In this document: in pieces, positions 36,805-46,222 of the stretch
How the letters are laid out: every line of letters starts with the position of its first letter
Position numbering within the stretch: position 1 is the stretch's first letter
IMG/VR virus record: IMGVR_UViG_3300046319_000183
Source: a virus
Direction: 5' to 3' (one strand)
DNA length: 64,000 nt
Notes under the pieces: model-generated
What the model was told of the DNA's origin: nothing
The model's input: the letters and a program-made list of their open reading frames with translations, nothing else
The model's database searches: none
Program-made: the position numbers and the translations under genes

Positions 36805-37187
36805 GACCAATACAAACACAATGGGTGGAAAACTTAAAAGCATACCCAGAAAGACAAATGAAAGACTTTCTTGGACAAGGTTCACCTGAAGAATACAAAG
36901 CATGCTGTCTTGGAGAATTACTTTTATGTAAATATAGAGCTCAAAAGAAAAAACTACCTTTTATAGGAGGAGAATTATATTCGGGAAAAAGTGAAGATGC
37001 TGTAGCTTGTTTAGACAATTATAAATCTTTAGGATTACTTTCTAATACTGGAGAAATTAGAGCAGATGTTGCAGACACTTATCCAGAAGGGACTTTAGCT
37101 GAACTAAATGATTTAACTTCTACTTGGCCTGAAATAGCAGCTTTTGTAGAAGCTAATCCAGACCATTTCTTCACAAAATCAGTATGA
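36795..37187 (+). CDS. hypothetical protein
   Basis: ORF track. Confidence 0.4.
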   Translation: MQLGPIQTQWVENLKAYPERQMKDFLGQGSPEEYKACCLGELLLCKYRAQKKKLPFIGGELYSGKSEDAVACLDNYKSLGLLSNTGEIRADVADTYPEGTLAELNDLTSTWPEIAAFVEANPDHFFTKSV

Positions 37188-38374
37188 AACAGTATTTAGA
37201 ATTATTAGAAAAAATTCAAAAAAAAGGAACTTATAAACCTGCTGCTAGAACCAATATGCCTGGAACTTTAAGTCTATTTGGAGAACAACTAAGATTTGAT
37301 TTACAAGAAGGGTTTCCTATGGTGACAACTAAAAAAGTTTCTTTCAAAAACATAGTCGTAGAACTTTTGTGGTTTCTCAAAGGAGATACAAACATCAAGT
37401 ACTTAGTAGATAATAGTTGTAACATCTGGAATGAAGATGCATACAATTATTATAAGAAAATATTTAAAGGACATGAAGGAGTACTTCCTTCTTTAGAAGA
37501 GTTTATTCAAGAAGTTAAAACAGGTACAAGAGAATCAAATCTTCCTAACTATACTTATGGAGATTGCGGTAAGCAATATGGCTGGCTTTGGAGAAGGTGG
37601 GAAAACCCTTTTATTGAGTATGGAAATTATGTTGCAAATAATGCAATAGACCAACTCAAAGACTTAATTGAAGGATTAAAGACTAATCCTATGTCTCGTA
37701 GGCACGTTATAACAGCTTGGAACCCAGCTACTCTTGATGATATGGCTTTGAATGCTTGTCATGCTTTTGTACAGTTTAATTGTAGACCTGTTTATGGTAA
37801 GTCAGACTTTACAGAACATAATGGTAAAAAATATTACAATCTTAATGAACGTAATTATCAAAGATTAGAAAGTTTTAAAGAATTTTACCCAGAACTATAC
37901 AACAAAATTGGTAGGCAATCTGGTATAACTCCTTATGAAGAGATGTTAAAAGATAAAAAAACAATGGATGATTTGAATATTTCTTCGTATTATCTTGATT
38001 GTCAGCTTTATCAGCGTTCAGCAGATGTAGTCTTGGGTGTACCTTACAATATTGCTTCATACGCTTTGCTTACAGAAATACTTGCAAAAATTTGTAATAT
38101 GATTCCTGGAGAATTTGTTCATACTTTTGGTGATGTACATATCTACGAGAACCATCTTGAAGCAGTCAAAGAACAATTAGAAAGAGAACCTAAATTTTTA
38201 CCTACTTTAAAAATAAGTGAGGAATGGTTAGATTTTGATACTATTAATTTACTAAAATCTTCAGAACATTTAACAGCATTATTTCATTCTACGTTATTAA
38301 GTGATTTTTCTTTAGAAAACTATAATCCTCATCCCAAATTAAAAACAGAAACTAAACTATCAACAGGATTATGA
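37184..38374 (+). CDS. thyA: thymidylate synthase (ThyA family) with large insertions (396 aa)
   Basis: MKQYLELLEKI...GFPMVTTKKVSFKNIVVELLWFLKGDTNIKYL. Active-site ACHAFVQF. LYQRSADVVLGVPYNIASYALLTE. About 80-aa and about 25-aa insertions relative to 264-aa ThyA. Confidence 0.85.
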   Translation: MKQYLELLEKIQKKGTYKPAARTNMPGTLSLFGEQLRFDLQEGFPMVTTKKVSFKNIVVELLWFLKGDTNIKYLVDNSCNIWNEDAYNYYKKIFKGHEGVLPSLEEFIQEVKTGTRESNLPNYTYGDCGKQYGWLWRRWENPFIEYGNYVANNAIDQLKDLIEGLKTNPMSRRHVITAWNPATLDDMALNACHAFVQFNCRPVYGKSDFTEHNGKKYYNLNERNYQRLESFKEFYPELYNKIGRQSGITPYEEMLKDKKTMDDLNISSYYLDCQLYQRSADVVLGVPYNIASYALLTEILAKICNMIPGEFVHTFGDVHIYENHLEAVKEQLEREPKFLPTLKISEEWLDFDTINLLKSSEHLTALFHSTLLSDFSLENYNPHPKLKTETKLSTGL

Positions 38375-38589
38375 AAACATGTACAAAATGTAAAAATGAC
38401 TTAGAAGAACAGCTATTTTACAAAGGAAAGAGTGTTTGTAAAGAGTGTTTTAAATCTTATGTAACTTCAAGAAGACCTATATATGTTCCAAAAGAAACTA
38501 ATTTAGAACCTATACCAGAAACTATAAAAACAGTTCCCTGGAAATCACAAGTAAACCATGAACTATATCAACACTTATTAAGATTATGA
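38371..38589 (+). CDS. small zinc-ribbon protein
   Basis: CTKCKN...CKEC. Confidence 0.35.
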   Translation: MKTCTKCKNDLEEQLFYKGKSVCKECFKSYVTSRRPIYVPKETNLEPIPETIKTVPWKSQVNHELYQHLLRL

Positions 38590-38807
38590 CAAAAAGAATA
38601 GATTACTCTAGAATAGTAGATTCTCAAGCTATGAGTAAAAGTCCTTATCAATCAGGATTATTTATAAGTAAAACCGCTATAACAGCAGATGCTGTTAGAA
38701 TACAAGCCATTAATCCTAAAACTAATACAGTAACTTCTCATTTATATATGGAAATACCTTTTGAAAATATTCCAGAAGTAATACAAGCATTACAAGAATT
38801 ATTATGA
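38586..38807 (+). CDS. hypothetical protein
   Basis: ATGA overlap. Confidence 0.35.
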   Translation: MTKRIDYSRIVDSQAMSKSPYQSGLFISKTAITADAVRIQAINPKTNTVTSHLYMEIPFENIPEVIQALQELL

Positions 38808-39139
38808 CAGTAGAAAAACAACTAGAACTATTAGAGGAGCTGGACTCTAAATTACTTGGAATTATACGTTCCAAATCAGCAGACTACGCAGGTATTGATG
38901 TTCTTAGTAACTTTAAAATAGTTGCTGAAATCATAAAACTTGCAAAAATAGATACTACTACTCCAGAAGGTTTTGCAGCATTAATGCAAGTTTTGAAAAT
39001 AGTACGTATCTGGAATTTAAAAGCAAAAGGAGCAAATCCAAATAATGAGTCACTAATAGATTCTTATGAGGATATGATAAACTATGCTAAACTTGGTTAT
39101 CTTATTGAACTTGAAAAAACAATCCAACCCATATTATGA
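38804..39139 (+). CDS. hypothetical protein
   Basis: ATGA overlap. Confidence 0.4.
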   Translation: MTVEKQLELLEELDSKLLGIIRSKSADYAGIDVLSNFKIVAEIIKLAKIDTTTPEGFAALMQVLKIVRIWNLKAKGANPNNESLIDSYEDMINYAKLGYLIELEKTIQPIL

Positions 39140-39375
39140 AACAACTTAGATGTATAAATGCAGACCCTTTAGAAGGTAATGTATATGGTCCTGCTCTTGT
39201 TAAAGGAAACCTTTATGAAGTAAAAGAAATCATTATAGATTCTAAAGGACACTTACATTATGATGTAGGTCTTAAATCTGTTTTGAATTATGTAAGAAGC
39301 TATGAAACTAAAGAGGAACTTCCAAGAGGTAATGAAATCCATTGGTGTCACCCATCTAGATTTGAAGAAGCATGA
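39136..39375 (+). CDS. hypothetical protein
   Basis: ATGA overlap. Confidence 0.35.
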   Translation: MKQLRCINADPLEGNVYGPALVKGNLYEVKEIIIDSKGHLHYDVGLKSVLNYVRSYETKEELPRGNEIHWCHPSRFEEA

Positions 39376-39584
39376 CAGTTTACTATGTACAAAGTTATCA
39401 GCATGAGATAAATGATGATTCATCTTGGCTTACAGGACAAAAAGACATTACTTTATATATGATTCAAGAAGGAAAACTTCAAGCAATAGGTGACTTATGT
39501 ATAAAAAATGAAGATAATACTTTGTATCATATTGGAGATTATTTTGGTGATTTTTTTACACAAATCCAGTTAATAGAACTTTAA
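39372..39584 (+). CDS. hypothetical protein
   Basis: ATGA overlap. Confidence 0.35.
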   Translation: MTVYYVQSYQHEINDDSSWLTGQKDITLYMIQEGKLQAIGDLCIKNEDNTLYHIGDYFGDFFTQIQLIEL

Positions 39585-39708
39585 AAAATAAAACTTTATA
39601 TTGAAAAAAGGTTTATAGTAAGAGGATAGACAAGAAACCTTGAGATAATATCAATACCCATTAAGATCGTCTTTAACTACCTCATAAAGTTTTATAAAAA
39701 TTTAAAAT

Positions 39709-40134
39709 ATGTGGACATACCAAGGAAAAGAATACAAAGAAGTACATGACTCCTCTTTACAGGGTTTCATTTACAAAATTACCTACACAGACCCAAAAAC
39801 AAAAGAAGAGTTTCAGTATATAGGCAAGAAGCAATTTTTTGCTAAAAGAACTGTAAAAAAAGGAAAGAAAGCCCTTGCAGCAATGACTGATAAAAGAGGT
39901 TCAAAAAAAGTTACAACAGTAAAAGAATCTGATTGGAAAACCTACCAGTCTTCTAATCAATTCTTAAAGAAAATAGACCCTAAATTTCTGAAAAAAGAAA
40001 TTATAAGTTTTTGCCAAGATGCTATGCAATGTACTTATCTTGAAGTCAAGTATCAAATGACTCATGAAGTTTTGGAAAGCTCTAAATGGCTAAACGGCAA
40101 TATTTTAGGTAAACTATTTAATCAATACAAATGA
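39709..40134 (+). CDS. GIY-YIG nuclease domain protein
   Basis: GFIYKITYT...EFQYIGKK, the GIY...YIG motif. Confidence 0.5.
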   Translation: MWTYQGKEYKEVHDSSLQGFIYKITYTDPKTKEEFQYIGKKQFFAKRTVKKGKKALAAMTDKRGSKKVTTVKESDWKTYQSSNQFLKKIDPKFLKKEIISFCQDAMQCTYLEVKYQMTHEVLESSKWLNGNILGKLFNQYK

Positions 40135-40487
40135 GCATACTACAAGAAAAAATAGATTTATTTTACAGACAAAAAGAAGTTCTTTTTGAAGAATTTAAAG
40201 CTTATTGTCAAGACTTAAGTATTCCATTTGAAATAAGATGGGAATTTTTGATAAACAACTCTGAATTTGGAGAATTATCAGATAGAACAGACTTTGGTTT
40301 AGATAGAGATGATGAATTTCTATATGACGGACCTATGTATATGCAGAAATATGAAGTAAGAGATGTAAAAGGTATATTATACTCTCTTATGCAAAATAAA
40401 AACTTTGCAATAACTGAAGATGAAATAAAAACTTTCAAGCAATACTGTCTAGATGAAGGAATCACTAAAATGAAATTTGACTGGTGA
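40131..40487 (+). CDS. hypothetical protein
   Basis: ATGA overlap. Confidence 0.4.
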   Translation: MSILQEKIDLFYRQKEVLFEEFKAYCQDLSIPFEIRWEFLINNSEFGELSDRTDFGLDRDDEFLYDGPMYMQKYEVRDVKGILYSLMQNKNFAITEDEIKTFKQYCLDEGITKMKFDW

Positions 40488-40704
40488 TCCCTTTAAGAGA
40501 GTTTTTAAAACAAGTAAAAATCTTGTAAAAGAACATGGTACAGACATATTAGACTATCCTTTAGTTTATGCTTCTGATGATGAAGGCAATGATTTTTATG
40601 AAGTTATTTCACTACCAGATGTCTGTACTGTTCAAGATTTTAAAGAAAGAAGTCTAAGCTTGATGTTTAGACAGAAAGAAACTAATGCAATAATTATCAA
40701 TTAA
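40477..40704 (+). CDS. hypothetical protein
   Basis: ORF track. Confidence 0.3.
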   Translation: MTGDPFKRVFKTSKNLVKEHGTDILDYPLVYASDDEGNDFYEVISLPDVCTVQDFKERSLSLMFRQKETNAIIIN

Positions 40705-40910
40705 TGGAAACTAAACCTGTAAATGCCTTTAAAAGAGGCTCTACTATACTAGTAGGAAGTTATAAAGATACAAGAGAAGCTAATAGAATGTTATTTAATA
40801 ACAACTGGCAAAAGCTTACACAAATTAAACATAATCTCACTCGCCATAGAAGAAGTCCAGTGGAACATCCTGAACATGGTGAATTATATTTTAGATATGC
40901 TCAAAATTGA
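40704..40910 (+). CDS. hypothetical protein
   Basis: ORF track. Confidence 0.3.
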   Translation: METKPVNAFKRGSTILVGSYKDTREANRMLFNNNWQKLTQIKHNLTRHRRSPVEHPEHGELYFRYAQN

Positions 40911-41433
40911 ACAAGGAGACTTATTTCAAAGAGCTCTCAAAGGAGAGTTTGATGTAATAGGTCATGGAACTAACTGTTTCTGTACCGCACCATATGGAGG
41001 TATAGCAGCATTATTTGAAAAACATTTTGTTATTTCAGATATGGAAGGAGAAAATCCTATGTACAGAGGAAAGTACAATAAAATGGCTTCAGTAGGAATG
41101 AAAAAGGTCTACATACATGAAGTTACCAAACAGCTTATTCAGCAAAAAGACTTCGAAGCTTCGCTTATACCTCAAATGTACAAACACTTGGTAGTAGCTA
41201 ACTGTTATACTCAATTTAATGCTGGTCCAGATTTAGATACTATAGCTTTGCTTATGTGTCTAAAGAAATTAGCCTACTATTGCAAAGCAAACAATTCGAA
41301 GTTAGCAATTCCTTTAATTGGTTGTGGTATAGCTGGAGGAGACCCAAAAGTTATTGTACCATACATGCAGAAGCTTCTCGCAGAAGTAGATGCAACACTT
41401 ATTGTTTTACCAGAAGATTTTAAAAGGATATGA
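40897..41433 (+). CDS. macro domain (ADP-ribose binding/hydrolase) protein
   Basis: DVIGHGTNCFCTAPYGGIAALF and IPLIGCGIAGGDP resemble macro-domain Gly-rich motifs. Start placed at ATG 40897. Confidence 0.5.
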   Translation: MLKIEQGDLFQRALKGEFDVIGHGTNCFCTAPYGGIAALFEKHFVISDMEGENPMYRGKYNKMASVGMKKVYIHEVTKQLIQQKDFEASLIPQMYKHLVVANCYTQFNAGPDLDTIALLMCLKKLAYYCKANNSKLAIPLIGCGIAGGDPKVIVPYMQKLLAEVDATLIVLPEDFKRI

Positions 41434-42053
41434 AAATTAAATATCCTAAAACATTCCACGTCCCTTCTTCTTTAGGTTGCACTTCAGATGATAAAAAGTT
41501 AGAAAGTATAGACTCATTAGAACAAGGTCTATACTTGATAACAGAAAAGATGGATGGAGAAAACACTACTATGATGAAGGATTGTATTTATGCAAGGTCT
41601 TTGGATAGTAATAATCATCCTTCTAGAAACTATGTTAAAGGTATTTGGGGCAATATCTCTTATCGAATCCCTAAGAATTGGAGAATTTGTGGAGAAAATC
41701 TGTATGCTAAACATTCTATTTACTACAAAAATCTAGTTGGGTACTTTTATGTGTATTCCATATGGAATGAAGAGAATGTGTGTTTGTCTTATGTAGATAC
41801 TAATATGTGGTGTAACGAACTTAATCTACATCATGTTCCAGTACTAGGCATGATTCAGAAAGAAGAACTTGTTACATATGAATTTAAACTAGATTTAAAT
41901 GAACATGAAGGGTATGTGGTTAGAAACACAAAAGCTTTTCATTTTAATGACTTTCAGAAAAATGTAGCAAAGTGGGTTAGACCACAGCATGTACAAACTG
42001 ATGCACATTGGATGCAGTCAGAAATTGTACCAAATCAATTAATATATGGATGA
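41430..42053 (+). CDS. RNA-ligase-like nucleotidyltransferase (Rnl2-type KxDG motif), minimal 207 aa
   Basis: Motif I ITEKMDGEN. Motif III-like ICGENLY. Motif IV EGYVVR. Motif V KWVR. Confidence 0.5.
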   Translation: MKIKYPKTFHVPSSLGCTSDDKKLESIDSLEQGLYLITEKMDGENTTMMKDCIYARSLDSNNHPSRNYVKGIWGNISYRIPKNWRICGENLYAKHSIYYKNLVGYFYVYSIWNEENVCLSYVDTNMWCNELNLHHVPVLGMIQKEELVTYEFKLDLNEHEGYVVRNTKAFHFNDFQKNVAKWVRPQHVQTDAHWMQSEIVPNQLIYG

Positions 42054-42080
42054 TGAAGAAAATTTAAACAAACTTGTATT

Positions 42081-42311
42081 TTGTATTTTTGTTTTCCTTG
42101 TACTTCTTATAGCACTTTACATATTATGATATTTTCAATAACATTATTTTTAACAATTAACTACATCCTTGCTTATTTTGATTTTAAATATTTTAAAATA
42201 CAGGTAACAAAAAATGGAAAAACTAGAATATCAATTTGGTTTTTCTTAGCAACACTTTGTAGTTTACTTTACCAAGTTTATTTTTGGTTTCATTATTTTC
42301 AAATCATATGA
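42081..42311 (+). CDS. small hydrophobic hypothetical protein
   Basis: ORF track. May be non-coding. Confidence 0.2.
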   Translation: MYFCFPCTSYSTLHIMIFSITLFLTINYILAYFDFKYFKIQVTKNGKTRISIWFFLATLCSLLYQVYFWFHYFQII

Positions 42312-42685
42312 TATTGGATGCATTATTTTTAACAAAAGAACAGCTTCAAGAAAGAAAAGCTGTTGAAGCTGAAAAGAAGCTTCGAAAAGAAGAAGAAAGA
42401 CTTAAAAAGGAAGAAAAAAATATAGAAGTGTTTTTTGAAAAAGTAAAAGTATATAAAAACATAACTTTACTCAATTCAAATTTTGAACCTTTTTATGTTT
42501 GGGGTATTAAAAAATCTGAAAAAAAAGTTTTGTGTATTTTCCCAGATGATTTACCAGGCTATTGTACAAAAGTAGACTATGATATAAGCTGGTTAGAAAG
42601 CTGTAAAAAAAGATATTTAAAGCTTACAGAAGATATTAAAATTTTAGAACAAAAGAAAAAAGAAGATGAGCAGGAAAAATCTTAA
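42284..42685 (+). CDS. hypothetical Lys/Glu-rich protein
   Basis: ORF track. Confidence 0.4.
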   Translation: MVSLFSNHMILDALFLTKEQLQERKAVEAEKKLRKEEERLKKEEKNIEVFFEKVKVYKNITLLNSNFEPFYVWGIKKSEKKVLCIFPDDLPGYCTKVDYDISWLESCKKRYLKLTEDIKILEQKKKEDEQEKS

Positions 42686-42770
42686 AGTCTTAATACTCAT
42701 TGGATTACCTGGTTCAGGTATAGTTTTTTAAAATAAATAATAGGTTTTCCTGGGTCTGGAATTAATTTTT
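42676..42770 (+). repeat. two degenerate duplicated copies of the 5' (P-loop-encoding) segment of the downstream polynucleotide kinase gene
   Basis: AATCTTAAAGTCTTAATACTCATTGGATTACCTGGTTCAGGTATAG (encodes LILIGLPGSG) and GGTTTTCCTGGGTCTGGAAT (GFPGSG). Compare 43521-43575, AATCTTAAAGTATTGATTCTAGTTGGGTTGCCATAACTAGGTTCTGGTAAAAGT. Confidence 0.6.
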
Positions 42771-42799
42771 ATGTATATTTGTGAAAACAAATTATATAA

Positions 42800-43528
42800 A
42801 TGAGCAAAACAGATTTAGGTAGAAATTGTCCTAAGTGTAATAAACTAATTACATATAAACATTATGCTTCTTATTTTCAAGCAAATAGAATAAATTCTTT
42901 ATGCAAACAATGCATGGTAAATAAAGGAAAATTTAAATTAGGTCAAGAATGTCCAAATAAAACAAGCTTTATCACTTGCTGGGTTAACAAATTTGGTCAA
43001 GAAGAAGCTTCTTCTAAATTATTATCTTATAAAGAAAAACAATCTATAGCTAATACAGGAACTAAAAATAACATGTATGGAAAACCTGCTCCTCAAGGTT
43101 CTGGAAATGGGTGGTCTGGTTGGTATAATTCTTGGTTTTTTAGAAGCTTAAATGAATTAGCTTTTATGGTTAGAGTTATAGAGAGATTTAACTTTTCTTG
43201 GGTCTCCGCAGAAAAGAAAGAATTAAGAATACCTTATATTGACTATAAAAATAGCCAACGCACTTATACAGCGGATTTTTTGCTAAATAACAAATATTTA
43301 GTAGAATGTAAACCAAAAAAATTATTTAATTCTCCTCAAAATTTAGAAAAAAAGAAAGCAGCACTTTTGTATTGTAAAGAAAAAAACTTTATATATAAAC
43401 AAATAGAAACTGAAAAACTAACTTATGAGGAAATTAATAATTTAATTGAGTTAAAGAAATTAAAATTTACAGATAAATATAATGAAAAATTTAAACAATT
43501 CAACAGCAACCCAACGAAAGAATCTTAA
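42800..43528 (+). CDS. zinc-ribbon plus PD-(D/E)xK-like nuclease (putative free-standing homing endonuclease)
   Basis: CPKCNK...CKQC. ...YTADFLLNNKYLVECKPKK (D...E.K). Confidence 0.4.
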   Translation: MSKTDLGRNCPKCNKLITYKHYASYFQANRINSLCKQCMVNKGKFKLGQECPNKTSFITCWVNKFGQEEASSKLLSYKEKQSIANTGTKNNMYGKPAPQGSGNGWSGWYNSWFFRSLNELAFMVRVIERFNFSWVSAEKKELRIPYIDYKNSQRTYTADFLLNNKYLVECKPKKLFNSPQNLEKKKAALLYCKEKNFIYKQIETEKLTYEEINNLIELKKLKFTDKYNEKFKQFNSNPTKES

Positions 43529-44417
43529 AGTATTGATTCTAGTTGGGTTGCCATAACTAGGTTCTGGTAAAAGTACATTTGCTAAAGAACATTTAGCAAA
43601 AAATCCAAATTGGACTAGAGTTAACAGAGATGATTTTAGAGGAATGCTTCAGAATCAACAAATCTGTGAACCAAAAATAGAAGCTATGATTAATGAGTTG
43701 CAAGACTTCACAATCATACAAGCTTTAAAAGCAAAGCAGAATGTCATAATAGACAACACAAATCTTAAGACTAAGTGCATAGAGCATTTCTGCCAACTTG
43801 TAGAGGATAAAGCTGAGGTAGATTTTTTATTATTCAATACTTCTATAAAAAAATGTATTGAAAGAGATAAAGAAAGAACTAATCCTGTAGGAGCTGTCGT
43901 AATTGAGCGTATGCACAAAGATTTAGAAATACTTCTAGATGCTCATGATTTTTCTCATAGACCTGTTAAGCCTAAAATCTATACAAATCCTACACCAAAC
44001 CTTCAGTTGCCCAATTGTTATGTATTCGACATAGATGGTACTCTTGCTCATATGAATGGACACAGGGGCCCATTTGATTGGTCTAAAGTAGATAGAGATG
44101 ATTATGATTTGGCTGTAGTAGCAACTTTAAGGAAATTATCTCAAACAGATAAAATAATTCTACTTTCTGGTAGAGATGAAGAAGCTAGAGAAAAGACCTT
44201 AGAATGGCTAGAATTTTACATGATACCATTTGATGCTTTGTATATGAGACCTAAAGGAGACTTTAGAAAAGATACAATAATCAAAAAGGAATTGTACAAT
44301 CAGCATTTGAAAGATAAGTTTAATGTTATAGCCGTTTTTGATGACCGCACCTCAGTAGTTCAAATGTGGAGAAAACTTGGTCTTAAATGTTTTGAAGTAG
44401 AACATCATGATTTTTAA
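43482..44417 (+). pseudogene. T4-type polynucleotide 5'-kinase/3'-phosphatase (Pnkp/PseT homolog) interrupted by an in-frame TAA inside the P-loop
   Basis: Frame reads MKNLNNSTATQRKNLKVLILVGLP*LGSGKSTFAKEHLAKNPNWTRVNRDDFR...VFDIDGTLAHMNGHRGPFD...VFDDRTSVVQMWRKLGLKCFEV. It is collinear with T4 Pnk (GCPGSGKST, NRDDYR, DVDGTL, DDRTQVVEMWRRIG). Stop TAA at 43554-43556. The phosphatase half (track ORF 43644-44417) is intact. Confidence 0.7.
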
Positions 44418-44444
44418 GAAAAAAGACCTTGGATTTTATGAATT

Positions 44445-45542
44445 TTGTGTAGTAGTCATACTATGCTTAGCAACAATAATATTGACCTTTACAGGTCTTC
44501 ACTGTTTAATTTATCATTAATGTTTTGGAAAAAAATAAATAAGGCTTTATCATTAGATGAAGAGCCTACACTAGTAGTACCAGGATTTACACCTCCTACT
44601 ATAGAGTTAGAACCTTTTGGTTCTAATCCATCTAAAAGTTTTGAACCAATTGAGGTTTATGAGGAAATGACAGAAGAAGTAATTACTTCTGCAACAATAC
44701 AAAAAGACATATCTTACACTTTAGATAATCTTTTAGAAGAGATGTCAAAACCTTATACCATAGAAGAGAATTTGACTTTACTTAAAGCTACAAAAGAAAA
44801 TTTTGAAAGAGAAAACAAAGAACTTTCTGACAAGATTCAAACTTTAAAAGATTTAGGATTTGACAATACTCCTTCTGTAAAGGTTACACAGACTAACTTA
44901 GATTTAGTAAGAAAGAGATATGAAGATAAATCTAAAGAGTTGGAAGACTCTTTAAAGTATAATGCTGACATTCTTAGACTTACTCAAGAATATGCTTTAA
45001 AGTATCCAAGCTTTAAGTTTGTGCCTAGAGAAGTAATGATGCAGATTTTAAAAAAATATGGATTAATCTTGGGAGAAGCTAGAATGTATGGAAAAGAAAT
45101 TCCTACTAAAGCTTTGGAAACTATTTCTCAGTTTTCACAACAGATAAAAGATTCTTCTATAAATATAATTGCAAGAACTAGAGGTGATTATATGACTCAT
45201 TATGTAGATTTTTTATATACAACAGAGACAGCAGAAGAACTTCAAAGAGAAATACGACTTGATGCATTAACTGCACGCTATAATACAAGGCATAGTCTTG
45301 TTACAACTGTAACCATGTTAAAAATGGTAGCTCCTTTAGAGCACTTTACAAACAGGAAAAATTGTGTTATAACTAAGGAAAATATCCTTGAATATTCTTC
45401 TAGAGAAATGAATGCTGAAATTGAAAAACGTAGATTAGAAGACCCTATTGCTTGCTTAGAAGTTCCTATGGGATACATAATTCTTGCAGCTTGGGACAAA
45501 GAAGCAGAAATTCCTGAAATCAAGAATCCTCTGAATAACTAA
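44445..45542 (+). CDS. hypothetical protein
   Basis: ORF track. Confidence 0.45.
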   Translation: MCSSHTMLSNNNIDLYRSSLFNLSLMFWKKINKALSLDEEPTLVVPGFTPPTIELEPFGSNPSKSFEPIEVYEEMTEEVITSATIQKDISYTLDNLLEEMSKPYTIEENLTLLKATKENFERENKELSDKIQTLKDLGFDNTPSVKVTQTNLDLVRKRYEDKSKELEDSLKYNADILRLTQEYALKYPSFKFVPREVMMQILKKYGLILGEARMYGKEIPTKALETISQFSQQIKDSSINIIARTRGDYMTHYVDFLYTTETAEELQREIRLDALTARYNTRHSLVTTVTMLKMVAPLEHFTNRKNCVITKENILEYSSREMNAEIEKRRLEDPIACLEVPMGYIILAAWDKEAEIPEIKNPLNN

Positions 45543-45811
45543 TGGGAAGTACAGGTTCACATATTAGAGATATGGAAGAAGACTATGAATTCTACTGTAA
45601 GCAATTAAAAGTCACTCCTAGAGGAATTAACTCCATACACTATGATTGGGTAGAAGCTTTTTATAGAAAAGAAACTACATTGACTTATGAGGAGTATTTC
45701 AGAATAGCAAGAAAGAAATTACTTGAAAATGAGTTAATTCACTTAGGATTCAAAATAGAAGAACTTCAAAAAAAAGAAGCAGAGTTAATTCTAAAAATTG
45801 CAGCATTGTAA
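45542..45811 (+). CDS. hypothetical protein
   Basis: ORF track. Confidence 0.4.
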   Translation: MGSTGSHIRDMEEDYEFYCKQLKVTPRGINSIHYDWVEAFYRKETTLTYEEYFRIARKKLLENELIHLGFKIEELQKKEAELILKIAAL

Positions 45812-45847
45812 TTTTTTATATAAAAGGTATAATTAGCTAAAAATCTT

Positions 45848-46222
45848 ATGAAGAAAATAACCTACGAAGTATGGGTTGATCAATACAAACCTTTGAATAA
45901 TCCAGATACTATAGAAGGTTCTTATGAAAACAAATTTTTTCAAATAAAAGAACATCTTTTTAAAGATGATAAATATATATGGACTTTGGTTTCAGGAGAA
46001 AATGAAAACATGTGGATTATTCCTGGTTTTCATTATGTAAATAGAGAAGGATACTTTCTAACTGAGATTCCTTGGGAATCTGAAGACATTGAAGTTAATG
46101 ACAATGAAATGCTCACAATAGGTGATGCAAAGTACATGTGTAAAGACTTCATAGAAGAAATTTTGGACATCACTTTAACAGATGCCCAAGAAGATTTATT
46201 ACACAATTATTTTGTATTATGA
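45848..46222 (+). CDS. hypothetical acidic protein
   Basis: ORF track. Confidence 0.45.
   Translation: MKKITYEVWVDQYKPLNNPDTIEGSYENKFFQIKEHLFKDDKYIWTLVSGENENMWIIPGFHYVNREGYFLTEIPWESEDIEVNDNEMLTIGDAKYMCKDFIEEILDITLTDAQEDLLHNYFVL

Noticed and set aside
38804-39139. MazG-like (MazZ) nucleotide pyrophosphatase call for the 111-aa protein
   Set aside because: Acidic and hydrophobic segments loosely resemble MazG helices, but the motif order (EExxE before the K/R-rich helix) is not satisfied. It is left as hypothetical.
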